Both the position numbers and the translations under genes were made by a program. Below are positions 35,326 through 44,593 of a stretch of 64,000 nt of DNA, piece by piece. The notes below the pieces were generated by a model. The model was not told the origin of the DNA. It ran no database searches and saw only the letters and a program-made list of their open reading frames with translations. The DNA lies in the NCBI GenBank assembly GCA_031441465.1, contig JANOEP010000010.1, forward strand, positions 167,986 through 231,985, read 5' to 3'. The stretch comes from a bacterium. Lineage in GTDB: Bacteria; Krumholzibacteriota; Krumholzibacteriia; LZORAL124-64-63. Every line of letters begins with the position of its first letter. Position 1 is the first letter of the stretch.

Positions 35326-35349
35326 AGGGGAACCGGGCGCCGCCGACGA
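35323..35349 (+). promoter_or_regulatory. Putative sigma28 (FliA/WhiG)-like promoter
   Basis: TAAAG-N14-GCCGACGA, 44 nt upstream of the 21-aa ORF. Confidence 0.45.
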
Positions 35350-35393
35350 TAACGGTGTCCGCAGTTTCACTTTCACCAGATCGGAGGACTAGC

Positions 35394-35459
35394 ATGGATC
35401 CCATCATGGTGTTCATCGGACTCTCGGTCGTCGACCTCTTGTGGTGGTTGAGGAAATGA
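35394..35459 (+). CDS. Small hydrophobic peptide, 21 aa (MDPIMVFIGLSVVDLLWWLRK)
   Basis: Strong GGAGGA RBS 5 nt before ATG, candidate promoter upstream, hairpin downstream. Confidence 0.6.
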   Translation: MDPIMVFIGLSVVDLLWWLRK

Positions 35460-35475
35460 TCGAAGGACACGCGTA

Positions 35476-35514
35476 AAGTCCCTGGCCCCAGGGTTGATCC
35501 AGGGTCAGGGACTT
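35476..35514. terminator. Hairpin between the small ORF and convergent groES2
   Basis: AAGTCCCTGGCCC...GGGTCAGGGACTT. Confidence 0.7.
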
Positions 35515-35542
35515 CGCATTTCCGGCCGGGTCCCGTCGAACC

Positions 35543-35980
35543 TCAGTCCTCGTCCACCACCTGGTCCCTGTTCTTCGCCAGGTCCCTGTCCGCCGCCTGC
35601 TCCGGCCCTTCCATCCAGTCCTCGCGCACCAGCACCAGCACCGCCGAATTCGGCACGATGAGGTACTGCATGCCCTCGAACGTGATCTCGACCGCCGACT
35701 TGCGCACGAACAGGACGTAATCCCCCTCCTGCGCCTGCAGGGGCAGGAAGCGGGCCCGCGGCGGGTGACGGTCCCAGGTGTCGGGCTCTCCCTCCTCCTC
35801 CGACCAGTCGGGCACCGGGATGCCCGGGCCCACCGAGACGACCCAGCCCCCCTGCGCCATGCGGGAACTGAGGGCCGTCGCCGGCAGGTACAGGCCGGTG
35901 TTGGTCTTCTCTTCGCCCTGCTCGGGCCGCACCAGCAGGCGGTCGCCGACGACGATGAGCTTCTTCTTCAGCGGCGACAT
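35543..35980 (-). CDS. Divergent GroES-family co-chaperonin (second copy)
   Basis: VGDRLLV, TGLYLP, GWVVSVGPG, EGDYVLF; ~20-aa acidic insertion and C-terminal extension. Confidence 0.85.
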   Translation of the reverse strand: MSPLKKKLIVVGDRLLVRPEQGEEKTNTGLYLPATALSSRMAQGGWVVSVGPGIPVPDWSEEEGEPDTWDRHPPRARFLPLQAQEGDYVLFVRKSAVEITFEGMQYLIVPNSAVLVLVREDWMEGPEQAADRDLAKNRDQVVDED

Positions 35981-35983
35981 GGC

Positions 35984-36526
35984 TCAGCCCTTCGCACCGG
36001 GAACGGCGGCGCGCGCCGCCTGGACGGCGGTCACGTATTCCTCGTACGATCTCACGCCCGTGAATGTCGTGTGGACCCGCCCGTCCGGCCGCACGATCAC
36101 CGTGGTCGGGATGCTCGAGAATCCCCCGAAGGCCGACGCAGCCTGCTCGTCCGCCATCGCCACCGGGAAGGTGAAACCGTTCGACTGGATGAACGGCTTG
36201 ACCACCGCCGGGCCCTTCTGGTCGACCGACAGCGCGAGGACCGTCACGCCCTGCGACTTGTAGGTGTCGTGGAGCTTCTGCAGGTGCGGCATCGCGATGC
36301 GGCAGGGGCCGCACCAGGTGGCCCAGTAGTCCACCACGACGACCTGGCCGCGCAGGTCCGACAGGCGCAGGGTCTTGCCGTCGAGCGTGGTGACCGTGAA
36401 GTCGGGAACGCCGGCCTCGGCCGCGGCCTGGGTCGCGTTCGCGGCGGGGGGCGTCTTGCCCTCGCCGCAACCGCCGACATTGGTCATCAGGGCCAGGATC
36501 ATCATCGACATCAGCAGGAGCTTCAT
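35984..36526 (-). CDS. TlpA/ResA-family thiol-disulfide oxidoreductase (lipoprotein)
   Basis: Lipobox-like VGGC, YWATWCGPC, SIPTT. Confidence 0.9.
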   Translation of the reverse strand: MKLLLMSMMILALMTNVGGCGEGKTPPAANATQAAAEAGVPDFTVTTLDGKTLRLSDLRGQVVVVDYWATWCGPCRIAMPHLQKLHDTYKSQGVTVLALSVDQKGPAVVKPFIQSNGFTFPVAMADEQAASAFGGFSSIPTTVIVRPDGRVHTTFTGVRSYEEYVTAVQAARAAVPGAKG

Positions 36527-36590
36527 GGTTCGTTCCCTCCGACGATCCCCGCAGGATCGGATCAGGTTGTCGATCATTCCGAGTTGTCGG

Positions 36591-36914
36591 TCAGATCAGG
36601 TTGTCGATCTTGGCGACCATCTTCTCCTTCGCGAGCACCCCGATCTGGGAGTCGCGCACCTGGCCGCCCTTGATGTAGAGGACCGTCGGCACCGACATCA
36701 CGCCGTACTTCATCGCGGCCTGCCGGGCCTCGTCGACATCCACGTGGGCGATCTTCACCTTGCCCTCGTACAGGGTGGCGAGTTCCTCGACGATGGGCTT
36801 GAGCTGCTTGCAGGGACCGCACCAGGTGGCGCTGAAGTCCACCACGACGGGCAGCGCGCTGTCGAGGACCTCTTGCTGGAAATTCGCGTCGGTCACGTGG
36901 ATCAGGTGGCTCAT
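36591..36914 (-). CDS. trxA: Thioredoxin
   Basis: DFSATWCGPCK, YGVMSVPT; 107 aa. Confidence 0.95.
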   Translation of the reverse strand: MSHLIHVTDANFQQEVLDSALPVVVDFSATWCGPCKQLKPIVEELATLYEGKVKIAHVDVDEARQAAMKYGVMSVPTVLYIKGGQVRDSQIGVLAKEKMVAKIDNLI

Positions 36915-38800
36915 GGTTCCTCCCTTTCGGGGTCGGTGTCGGGTCGGGTTGCGCCCGCGGCGGTGCGCCGCACACGTTCGAGGACGACGGCCAGGTCGCG
37001 GGCGTTCATGAAGCCCGAGAAGCGCTCGATCTCGCGCCCCTGCTGGTCGAAGAACAGGACCGTGGGCATGCCGACGACGCCGTAGCGACGCGCCCGCGCG
37101 TCGTTGGTCGCGTTGCGTTCGGTGAGGTCCATCTTGACCGCGACGAAGTCCCCGGCGAGCGCCCGGATCGCGGGTTGGTTGTAGGTCCGCTCGTCGAGTT
37201 CCACGCAGGCCGCGCACCAGGCGGCCCAGAAGTCCATCATCACGGGTTTGCCCAGTTCCCGCGCGGTCGCGAAGGCCGCCTCTTCGTCGAAGAGCCACGC
37301 CGGCTCGGCACGGTGTTCACCTTCCGCGGCAGCGACGACCGGCGCGTTGCCGGCCGGCAACAGTCCGGGCGCCAGGCCGCGCAGCCCGCCGAGGATCGCC
37401 AGCGTCGCGCCGAGCAGCCACAGGAAGCGCAACCCGCCGAGATCCAGCCCGGCCCGCGCACCCGCGCCCTCGGGCAGCGCGCGCCAAGCGCCCCAGGCGC
37501 TCACGCTCAGCAGCAGCGCCAGGCCGAACACAGCCGCCAGCAACCAGGCCGGCGCGTACAAGCGCAGGAACCACAGGGCCAGGGCGAAGAGCACGATCGC
37601 GAAGACATGCTTGATCGTCTGCATCCAACCGCCCGCGCCCGGCAGGGCCGTCAGCAAACCGCTGAAGGTGCCCAGGGCCACGAACAGCACGCCCAGGCCC
37701 AGCGCGAAGGTGAACAGCAGCCAGAAGCCAAGCACAAGGTTGCCCGTCGTCGCGACCCAGGTCAGCAGCACGATCAGCACCGGACCGACGCACGGCGCGG
37801 CGATCAGGCCCATCGCCGCTCCCATCAGCAGCGGCCCGAGGAAGCCGGTGCGCCCGCCGCCCACCCGGCTGGTCAGCGTGCTCGGCAACTGCAGGTCGAA
37901 CAGGCCCGCCATGCTCAGGGCCATCGCCCCGATGATCGCCGCGACGATGGCGGCGAACACGGGGGTCTGGGTCGCCTGGCCGAAGGCGCCGCCGGTCGCG
38001 GCCGCCGCCACGCCGAGCGTGGAATAGACCAGGGCGATGCCCAGGACGTACCAGAGCGACAGCACGAAGCCCTTGAGCGGCTTGCCGCGGGAGTTGCCGC
38101 CGATGTAGCTGATCGTGATGGGGATCATGGGGTAGACGCAGGGCGTGAAGCTCGCCAGCACGCCGCCCAGGAAGACCATCAGGAAGGCCAGCCAGCTGCC
38201 CTGCTCCAGCGCGTGCTGCAGGCGCGCCTGCAGGCCGCCGGCGGCGGGAGCCGCGACCGCCCCGTCCCCCGTGCCCGCCGCCGGCGTCGCCGCCGCCGGC
38301 GTCGTCGTCGTCACGGCGGCTCCCGCCGCCAGGTCCAGGCGCAGCTCGGCGACGGCCTCGCCCGGCTGGTAGCAGACCGCGGCGTCGCCTTCGCGGCAGA
38401 GCTGGTACTCGGCCCGCAGCGTGACGCGCATCGGCCCGGCGCGGTCCGGCCACGTCACCGGCACCAGCGCCATGACCTCGCCGCGGTAATAGGGGATCTC
38501 GGCCGCCACCGGTTTCGGGAACACCGCTGCACCGAACACGGCGGCGGGCTCGCTCGCGAAGGCGAGGCCCTGGAACGTCGCCGTCAGGTGGTTGCCCGCC
38601 GGGACGTGGTAAACCACTCCCAGCCGCGAGTCGCCGCCCGCGGCGGGTTCGCCGCCGAGGACCTTCAGGGTCACGGTCGGCACCGGCGGCGTCTCGGCGA
38701 CCGCCGGGAAGGCCGCCATGCCGGTGAGCGCCAACGCCAGGAGCAACCCCACGACATGCGGCCCTGCCGAGCGCGGTTCCGTCGTCCGTTTTCTGTTCAC
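36911..38800 (-). CDS. dsbD: Thiol:disulfide interchange protein DsbD
   Basis: N-domain QLC...VCY, TM-domain TPCVYP and APCVGP, C-terminal WCAAC thioredoxin. Confidence 0.9.
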   Translation of the reverse strand: MNRKRTTEPRSAGPHVVGLLLALALTGMAAFPAVAETPPVPTVTLKVLGGEPAAGGDSRLGVVYHVPAGNHLTATFQGLAFASEPAAVFGAAVFPKPVAAEIPYYRGEVMALVPVTWPDRAGPMRVTLRAEYQLCREGDAAVCYQPGEAVAELRLDLAAGAAVTTTTPAAATPAAGTGDGAVAAPAAGGLQARLQHALEQGSWLAFLMVFLGGVLASFTPCVYPMIPITISYIGGNSRGKPLKGFVLSLWYVLGIALVYSTLGVAAAATGGAFGQATQTPVFAAIVAAIIGAMALSMAGLFDLQLPSTLTSRVGGGRTGFLGPLLMGAAMGLIAAPCVGPVLIVLLTWVATTGNLVLGFWLLFTFALGLGVLFVALGTFSGLLTALPGAGGWMQTIKHVFAIVLFALALWFLRLYAPAWLLAAVFGLALLLSVSAWGAWRALPEGAGARAGLDLGGLRFLWLLGATLAILGGLRGLAPGLLPAGNAPVVAAAEGEHRAEPAWLFDEEAAFATARELGKPVMMDFWAAWCAACVELDERTYNQPAIRALAGDFVAVKMDLTERNATNDARARRYGVVGMPTVLFFDQQGREIERFSGFMNARDLAVVLERVRRTAAGATRPDTDPEREEP

Positions 38801-39636
38801 TGGAGGTGCTTCTCCCTGCGGACATCCACGTCGTAGATCTTCATGACCGCCCCGTCGCTCTCGGTCAACACCTCGAGGATGCCGTCGCCATCGACGTCGA
38901 GCAGTTCGATCCGGTCGCCGAAAACCTCGTCGCCCCACTTCAGGTCGCCGCTGCGCGAGTTCAGGACCTGGCCGGTGTTCAACACGATCTCGGGCAGCTT
39001 GTCCCCGTCGACGTCGCCGACCGCCACGCGGCTCGCCTCGTACTCGTTCAGGCTGGTCCACTCGCGGTTGAAGTTGACGCCGTCGATGTAATAGAGATGG
39101 CGATCGGCGTTGACGACCAGCTCGAGCGCGGGGTCGTCGTCGACGTCGGCCACACAGAGGCTGTGCAGCGCCTGGAAGTCGTTCTGGAGGGTTTCGTAGC
39201 GCAGGCGCCCGTCGTCCGCGGACCAGACGTAGAGGATCGCCGCGCTCGTCCAGGCGATCACCTCGTCCGCGCCGTCGCCGTCGAGGTCGGCGCTGAGCAC
39301 TTCCTGCACCGTGCCCGTCAACTGCTTGCTGGTCCACAGCGCGCGGGCGCCCTCGCCCGTGATGTGCACGAGGCGGACCAGCCCGAAGCGGTCGCCCACG
39401 GCCATCACGGGACCGTCGGCGTCCTCCAGGGACTCGACCGAGGCGACGTGGTCCAGGCGCTCGGCGGCGCGCATGGCCCGCACGTAGTCCTGGTAGCCGA
39501 GGGCCCGCGGCCCGCCGGCGAGCAGCCCGAACTCCTGCTGGGCGGCGGCGGCGGCGGCGAAAGTCAGGATGCCGACCACCAGCAAGGTCAGCCGGAACGC
39601 GGGCGCACCGCGCCTCAACTTGGAATCGGTCATCAT
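38797..39636 (-). CDS. Secreted FG-GAP/VCBS-repeat protein
   Basis: Signal peptide; repeated DLDGDGADE, DVDDDPALE, DVDGDKLPE, DVDGDGILE. Confidence 0.8.
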   Translation of the reverse strand: MMTDSKLRRGAPAFRLTLLVVGILTFAAAAAAQQEFGLLAGGPRALGYQDYVRAMRAAERLDHVASVESLEDADGPVMAVGDRFGLVRLVHITGEGARALWTSKQLTGTVQEVLSADLDGDGADEVIAWTSAAILYVWSADDGRLRYETLQNDFQALHSLCVADVDDDPALELVVNADRHLYYIDGVNFNREWTSLNEYEASRVAVGDVDGDKLPEIVLNTGQVLNSRSGDLKWGDEVFGDRIELLDVDGDGILEVLTESDGAVMKIYDVDVRREKHLQ

Positions 39637-39847
39637 GAACGGCCTCGCAGGTCTCCTGGTGATGCCGGTCGTCGGAGGCGGCTGCGCGCGCGACTCCCGG
39701 GTCCGGCGGGACGCCGGCTGAAGCACTCAGGGGTGGCGATATCCGGCGTTCAAGATAACCGCAGCCCGCCGTGCCGTCCACAGCCGGATCGGACGGTCGT
39801 CGGCGGGTCGCGGCGGCGCCGGAACCGCGCGTCGCCGCCACCGCGTG

Positions 39848-40501
39848 TCACCAGGGAACGGGGAAACCGGCCTGCAGATGGCAGGACCAGCCGGAGTAGT
39901 CGAAGTCCGCGTCGACGAAGCGGCGCCAGCGCACCAGCGCCACGATCAGCGTGCGCGGTGACGGCCGCAGTTCCCAGCCGCCTTCCAGCACGCCCGAGTA
40001 GTTGCGCAGTTCGCCGGCGGCGGTGGCCGTGGCGGCGGAGTCCGCCGCCGCTGCGCCGGGGTAGCTGATCTGGGCGATGTCGAGACCCAGGCCGACGAAG
40101 GCCGCCCGCGCCGGGGCTTCCTGCCGCAGGTCGCGGAAGTAGCGGCGCGCGACGAGCCCGGCCGCGACGAGGTCCCGTCCGCGCGCCACGCTGCGGTACT
40201 CGCCGTGCAGGATCAGACCGAGGTTCCAATCGTAGAGCGGCGGGAAGATCTCCGCGCCGGCCGCCGGGCTCAGGACCAGACCTCCCGAAACGCCGGGGCG
40301 CAGGCCGCCGTCGCTGCGCGTGTCCCCGAGGCTCGGGCCGAGCGTGAGGAAGGGCGGCGGCGCCGCGTCCGGCCGGTCGAGGGACGAACGCACGACGCCG
40401 TCGGCGCGCGCGGACGCCGCACAGGCCAGCAGCATGCCGGCCGTGACCAGGCAGGCGGCGACGATTCCCGGTGTCCGCCGGCTCCGTCGAATCGACTTCA
40501 T
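39848..40501 (-). CDS. Hypothetical exported protein, probable outer-membrane beta-barrel
   Basis: Signal peptide, alternating beta-strand pattern, C-terminal aromatic residue (FPVPW). Confidence 0.6.
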   Translation of the reverse strand: MKSIRRSRRTPGIVAACLVTAGMLLACAASARADGVVRSSLDRPDAAPPPFLTLGPSLGDTRSDGGLRPGVSGGLVLSPAAGAEIFPPLYDWNLGLILHGEYRSVARGRDLVAAGLVARRYFRDLRQEAPARAAFVGLGLDIAQISYPGAAAADSAATATAAGELRNYSGVLEGGWELRPSPRTLIVALVRWRRFVDADFDYSGWSCHLQAGFPVPW

Positions 40502-40673
40502 CGCACCTCCGCCAGCGTCGGGGCTCCTGCGCTCATGGCCGCGTTCGAAGCAAGGACGGTGCCACGCCCCCGATCATCCAACGCGTTGCCGGAACTGGGG
40601 ATGCGCGCTATGATCCCGGCCGGGGCGGCCGTTTCGCGACCACGGTGGCCGCCGAACCGCCACGGGAGGACGC

Positions 40674-41306
40674 ATGGGACCCGACACGCCCGCCACGGCC
40701 TACACGACGCTGGCCGGCGACGGCGACGCCGAGATCCGGGTCGAGCGCTCGCGCTTCCTGGCGACGGCCCGAACCGTCGCGGACGCGGCTGCGACGCGCG
40801 CGCTCGTGGCCGGGATCGCCCGGGTCCACCACGACGCCCGGCACGTCTGCTGGGCCTGCCGTCTGGGGCACGGTGAGCAGCCGACGCAGCAACGCAGCGA
40901 CGCCGGCGAACCCGCCGGCACCGCCGGCGAACCCATCCTCGGCGTGCTGCGCCACGCCGGGATCACCGACGCCGCGATCGTGGTCGTGCGCTGGTTCGGC
41001 GGCGTCAAGCTGGGCACCGGCGGCCTGGGTCGGGCCTACCGGGAAGCTGCGACGGCGGCCCTCGCCGCGGCGCCCCGGCTGGTCGTGCCGTTGGGCGTCC
41101 GCCTGCGGCTGGCCTTCCCCTACGATCTGCTCGGCCGGGTCGAGCACCTGCTCGGGAACTGCGGCGGCCGCCTCGAAGCCACCGAGTTCGCCGCCGGCGT
41201 CGTGGGGACCGCCTGGCTGCCCGTGGCTCGCGGCGAGGAATTCGCGCGCGAGGTCGCCGCACTCGGGCAGGGGCGGATCCTGATCGGACCCGCCGACGCT
41301 CCCTGA
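40674..41306 (+). CDS. yigZ: YigZ/IMPACT family protein
   Basis: RSRF, ARHVCWA, DAGEPAGTAG, RWFGGVKLGTGGL. Confidence 0.92.
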   Translation: MGPDTPATAYTTLAGDGDAEIRVERSRFLATARTVADAAATRALVAGIARVHHDARHVCWACRLGHGEQPTQQRSDAGEPAGTAGEPILGVLRHAGITDAAIVVVRWFGGVKLGTGGLGRAYREAATAALAAAPRLVVPLGVRLRLAFPYDLLGRVEHLLGNCGGRLEATEFAAGVVGTAWLPVARGEEFAREVAALGQGRILIGPADAP

Positions 41307-41342
41307 CCCCGCACCTCCCCGGCCCCTGCTGGTCCGGAACGC

Positions 41343-41376
41343 GACGCGGGCCCCGTCCGAAGATGGGGCCCGCGTC
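41343..41376. terminator. Hairpin between convergent yigZ and sigma gene
   Basis: GACGCGGGCCCCGTC-CGAA-GATGGGGCCCGCGTC. Confidence 0.8.
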
Positions 41377-41401
41377 CACTCGTCTCGCCTGCAGGAACGG
41401 G

Positions 41402-42316
41402 TCAGGCCGTCATGTCGCGCATGTCCTGGTAGTCGTGCATGTACCGGAAGGTCTTCGAATTGCGGATCTTCTCGAAGGCCTCCTCCTTGATCTGGCGGAT
41501 GCGCTCGCGGGTCAGGCCCATGATCTGGCCGATCTCCTCGAGGGTCATCTCCTTGTCGGCGCCCAGGCCGTAGTACATGCGCAGCACGCGGGCCTCGCGG
41601 GGCTTGAGGTCGCACAGCATGCGCTCGATCGACTCCATCAAGTCCTCCTCGAGGACCCGCGAGTCGGGAGTCTTGCTGCGCGTGTCCTCGAGGAAGTCGA
41701 GGTAGGTCGAGTCCTCGTCGTTGCCCACGTAGTCGTCGAGGAAGAAGTTGTCCTGCATCAGGGGCAGGGTGTCCTTGACCTCGTCGAGGGACAGGCCGAG
41801 TCGGGCCGCGATCTCCTCGGGCAGCGGCTTGCGGCGCAGGTCCTGCTGCAGCTCGCTGCTGACGCGCTTGATCTGGTTGAGCACGCGGGCGCGGTTCAGC
41901 GGCATGCGCACGATCTTCGAGTGGTTGGCCAACGCGGCCAGGATCGACTGCCGGATCCACCACACGGCGTAGGAGATGAACTTGTAGCCGCGCGTCTCGT
42001 CGAAGCGCTGGGCGGCCTTGAGCAGGCCCAGGTTGCCCTCGTTGATCAGATCCTCCAGGGGCACGCCGTAGTGGGCGTACTCCTTGGCGATCGACACCAC
42101 GAAGCGCAGGTTCGAGTTCACCAGCTTGTGCAGGGCGACGCCGTCGTTGCTGCGGATGCCCCGCGCCAGTTCGCACTCCTCTTCCCGGCTCAGCAGCGGG
42201 AAGGCCTTCACTTCCTGGAAATAGAGGTCGAGGTTACTCATCAACCGGGCGCTCTCGCGCTTCACGCGCGCGGCGGGTCGGCGGTCCCGGGGGGTCTTGC
42301 CGGTTTTCACTGCCAT
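41402..42316 (-). CDS. RNA polymerase sigma factor, RpoD/RpoS family, lacking region 1.1
   Basis: NLRFVVSIAK, DLINEGNLGL, KFISYAVWWIRQ, TLEEIG...TRERIRQI. Confidence 0.93.
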   Translation of the reverse strand: MAVKTGKTPRDRRPAARVKRESARLMSNLDLYFQEVKAFPLLSREEECELARGIRSNDGVALHKLVNSNLRFVVSIAKEYAHYGVPLEDLINEGNLGLLKAAQRFDETRGYKFISYAVWWIRQSILAALANHSKIVRMPLNRARVLNQIKRVSSELQQDLRRKPLPEEIAARLGLSLDEVKDTLPLMQDNFFLDDYVGNDEDSTYLDFLEDTRSKTPDSRVLEEDLMESIERMLCDLKPREARVLRMYYGLGADKEMTLEEIGQIMGLTRERIRQIKEEAFEKIRNSKTFRYMHDYQDMRDMTA

Positions 42317-42604
42317 GACAGACGTCCTTCTCTCAATCCGTGGGGTCGCGATTTTGTGTTTGACAATACAAGTCCCGTACCAGGTGCGGGCAGAGAACAA
42401 CTGATTCTCTCCTGATCTCTAAGCGCTATGATCCGCTAGGAGATACGCGAGAGGGCCCCTGGGGCGACGATCGACGGAACCGGGGCCGATCACGAGATTT
42501 CGACATTCTGTCAGCGAACGACCGTGTACGCCCGACAGGGTGTCAAGAGGACGGGGGGCTCTCCCCCCGCCCAACAATCCCGTCGCCGATCCTCGGGACG
42601 CCGT

Positions 42605-44020
42605 TCACCACGTGACGAGCACCCGGTAAGTCAACGCCGTTTCGCCGTTGGCCGGGACCGGCACGTCGAACCGGAACGAGCCGGCGTCGATCTTGGTGTG
42701 GGGGTGGCTCTCCTCGAGGATCGACCACTCGCCGCCCGCACTTTCGGCGACCTCGACGGTCACCGGCGCCGGCGTGTGGTTCTTCAGCAGGATCCGGTAG
42801 GCGTACTCCCGGGAACGGTCGCCGCGTGCGCGCTCGTCGGTCTGCGTCCGCTCGGCGCCGATGTCGAAGGCGTAACCGGTCAGCAGCTCGACCGTCTCGT
42901 CCTTCGGCGTGTGCCCGATGCGGTCCTCGCCCAGCAGCTGCCGGGCGCCGGAGGCCGAGCGGCCGTAGACGCGCACGACACCGGCCGGCAAGGGCAGCCC
43001 GAGCCCGTCCCGCTCGCGGTTTTCCAGGACGTGCCAGACCGCCACGCGATCGGACCGGGGCGAGCCGCCGCGCTGCATGATGGCCTGCCCCCCGAGGCGG
43101 TAGTGCCGGCTCACCTTGATGTCGGACGCCGTGAACAGCGAGAGCTGCTTGACGCTCTGCTCCTTGAGCGTGGTGCGCCCGCCGTAGGTGTAGAGGTGGT
43201 AGTCCGAGACCGTCTCCTCGACCATGCCGCCGTCCATGGTCATCGCCATCTCCGCGGCCTTGTACAGGATCGGACGCGCCGGCGGCGGCGCCTGGTGCAC
43301 ATCGCCGGCCAGGAACATCAGCTGCGCGTCCTGGTAGGTGGCGCCGCTGCGGTTGTCCACCGACACCCAGGCCTGCAGGTCGCCGATGGTGCCGCTCTCC
43401 CCGAGCTGCAGCACGTAGTCGGCCGACCACGACACGCCGCGCGTCAGGTACGACACGTCGAGGTCGCGACGGCCGGCGCCGTCGGCCTGGACCTGCCAGA
43501 CCAGCGTCGGCAGCGCCCGCAGGTCGCCGGGCAGTTCGGGCAGGGCCAGGCGGCCCGGCACGTCGAAGACGACCTGGCCGTCGACGCGGTAGACCGGTCC
43601 CTGCGCCATCCCCAGCAGCGTGCCGGTCAGGCGCGACCCGTTCTCCTGCAGCCAGGTCACCTCGCGGCCGACGTACTTCTCGAGGATCTTCTCACGCGAC
43701 ATCAGGTCGAACTCGTAATTCTGCTCCAGCAGGCGCAGCCCCTTGCCCGCCGCCGTCTCGACGAGCAGCGAGCGCGGCTCGATCTGCGACGGCACGTCCT
43801 GGAACTCCAGGCGGGCGGCGCCGTCCGGCAGTTCGAGCCGCCGCACCTCACGAACCAGGGCGAGGTTCTCGTTGTAGATCGTGAGCATGAGTTCGGCGCG
43901 GTCGCCCGCGCCGCTGAGCACGACCGGGACGTCCGCCGCGACGGCGGGCAGGGCCGCCGTCAGGACGAACATGGCCGCGGCAACCCGGCGTCCGGCGATC
44001 CTCGTCCACGTCTGCTTCAT
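42605..44020 (-). CDS. DUF4139 domain-containing secreted protein
   Basis: Signal peptide, LTIYNENLALVRE, EQNYEFDL, SYLTRGVSWSADY, GLPLPAG. Confidence 0.85.
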   Translation of the reverse strand: MKQTWTRIAGRRVAAAMFVLTAALPAVAADVPVVLSGAGDRAELMLTIYNENLALVREVRRLELPDGAARLEFQDVPSQIEPRSLLVETAAGKGLRLLEQNYEFDLMSREKILEKYVGREVTWLQENGSRLTGTLLGMAQGPVYRVDGQVVFDVPGRLALPELPGDLRALPTLVWQVQADGAGRRDLDVSYLTRGVSWSADYVLQLGESGTIGDLQAWVSVDNRSGATYQDAQLMFLAGDVHQAPPPARPILYKAAEMAMTMDGGMVEETVSDYHLYTYGGRTTLKEQSVKQLSLFTASDIKVSRHYRLGGQAIMQRGGSPRSDRVAVWHVLENRERDGLGLPLPAGVVRVYGRSASGARQLLGEDRIGHTPKDETVELLTGYAFDIGAERTQTDERARGDRSREYAYRILLKNHTPAPVTVEVAESAGGEWSILEESHPHTKIDAGSFRFDVPVPANGETALTYRVLVTW

Positions 44021-44082
44021 CGCATCCTCCCTTGCACTCGGTTTCTTCAAACTGGTTTTCATCCTACCAGAATACCTCACCC

Positions 44083-44109
44083 TCAAGTCGCCGGCCGGCC
44101 GGCCGATGC
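44083..44109 (+). promoter_or_regulatory. Putative sigma28 (FliA/WhiG)-like promoter
   Basis: TCAAG-N14-GCCGATGC upstream of the CheY-like gene. Confidence 0.5.
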
Positions 44110-44211
44110 TGCGGCGACACGGCGCCGTCAGCCACGTCGGGCGCTCCCTGAACTCCTCGCCGCGGCCGCGGTTCCGGTCCCGCGGCAGCACCCGGACGGC
44201 CGGAGGTTGAT

Positions 44212-44589
44212 GTGCGCCACACGCTGCTGATCGTCGACGACACGGACTTCATGCGCTTCGTCCTGGGCGACCTGGCCCGCGAGGCCGGGATCGCCATCAT
44301 CGCCGAGGCGGGCAGCGCCACCGAGGCGCTCGATCTGCAGGCCGCACTGGAGCCCCACCTCGCGGCCGTGGACCTGACCGCGGACGCCGTGGTCGGCGAG
44401 GCTCTCCTGGGCGCGCTGCTGGCGCGCGATCCCGACCTGGCCCTGGCCGCCATCGTCGCGCCGGGAGACGCCGAAGCCGCCGCCCGGGCCCGCGCCCGCG
44501 GCGCCCGCGAAGTGCTGGAAAAACCCTACGACCCGGACGCCGTGCACGCCGCGCTGCAGCGCCTGTCCGCCGTCGCGGTGGGCGTCTGA
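44212..44589 (+). CDS. Single-domain response regulator (CheY-like, atypical)
   Basis: LIVDD, AVDL, EKPY; GGAGG RBS. Confidence 0.8.
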   Translation: MRHTLLIVDDTDFMRFVLGDLAREAGIAIIAEAGSATEALDLQAALEPHLAAVDLTADAVVGEALLGALLARDPDLALAAIVAPGDAEAAARARARGAREVLEKPYDPDAVHAALQRLSAVAVGV

Positions 44590-44593
44590 CGTC

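Noticed and set aside
34928..35459. C-terminal ~175 aa of the 900-aa ORF 32757-35459 as a genuine domain
   Set aside because: It is Arg/Pro-rich out-of-frame read-through after the 10-bp duplication; the real PP2C C-terminus is in the frame ending at 35325.
40550..40576. GCAAG-N14-CCCGATCA upstream of yigZ as a fifth sigma28-like site
   Set aside because: Both boxes have mismatches, too weak to call without a PWM.
42317..42604. AT-richer spacer upstream of the sigma gene as an sRNA or mobile-element scar
   Set aside because: It is explicable as promoter region plus the DUF4139 gene hairpin; no convincing RNA family or terminal repeats were seen.
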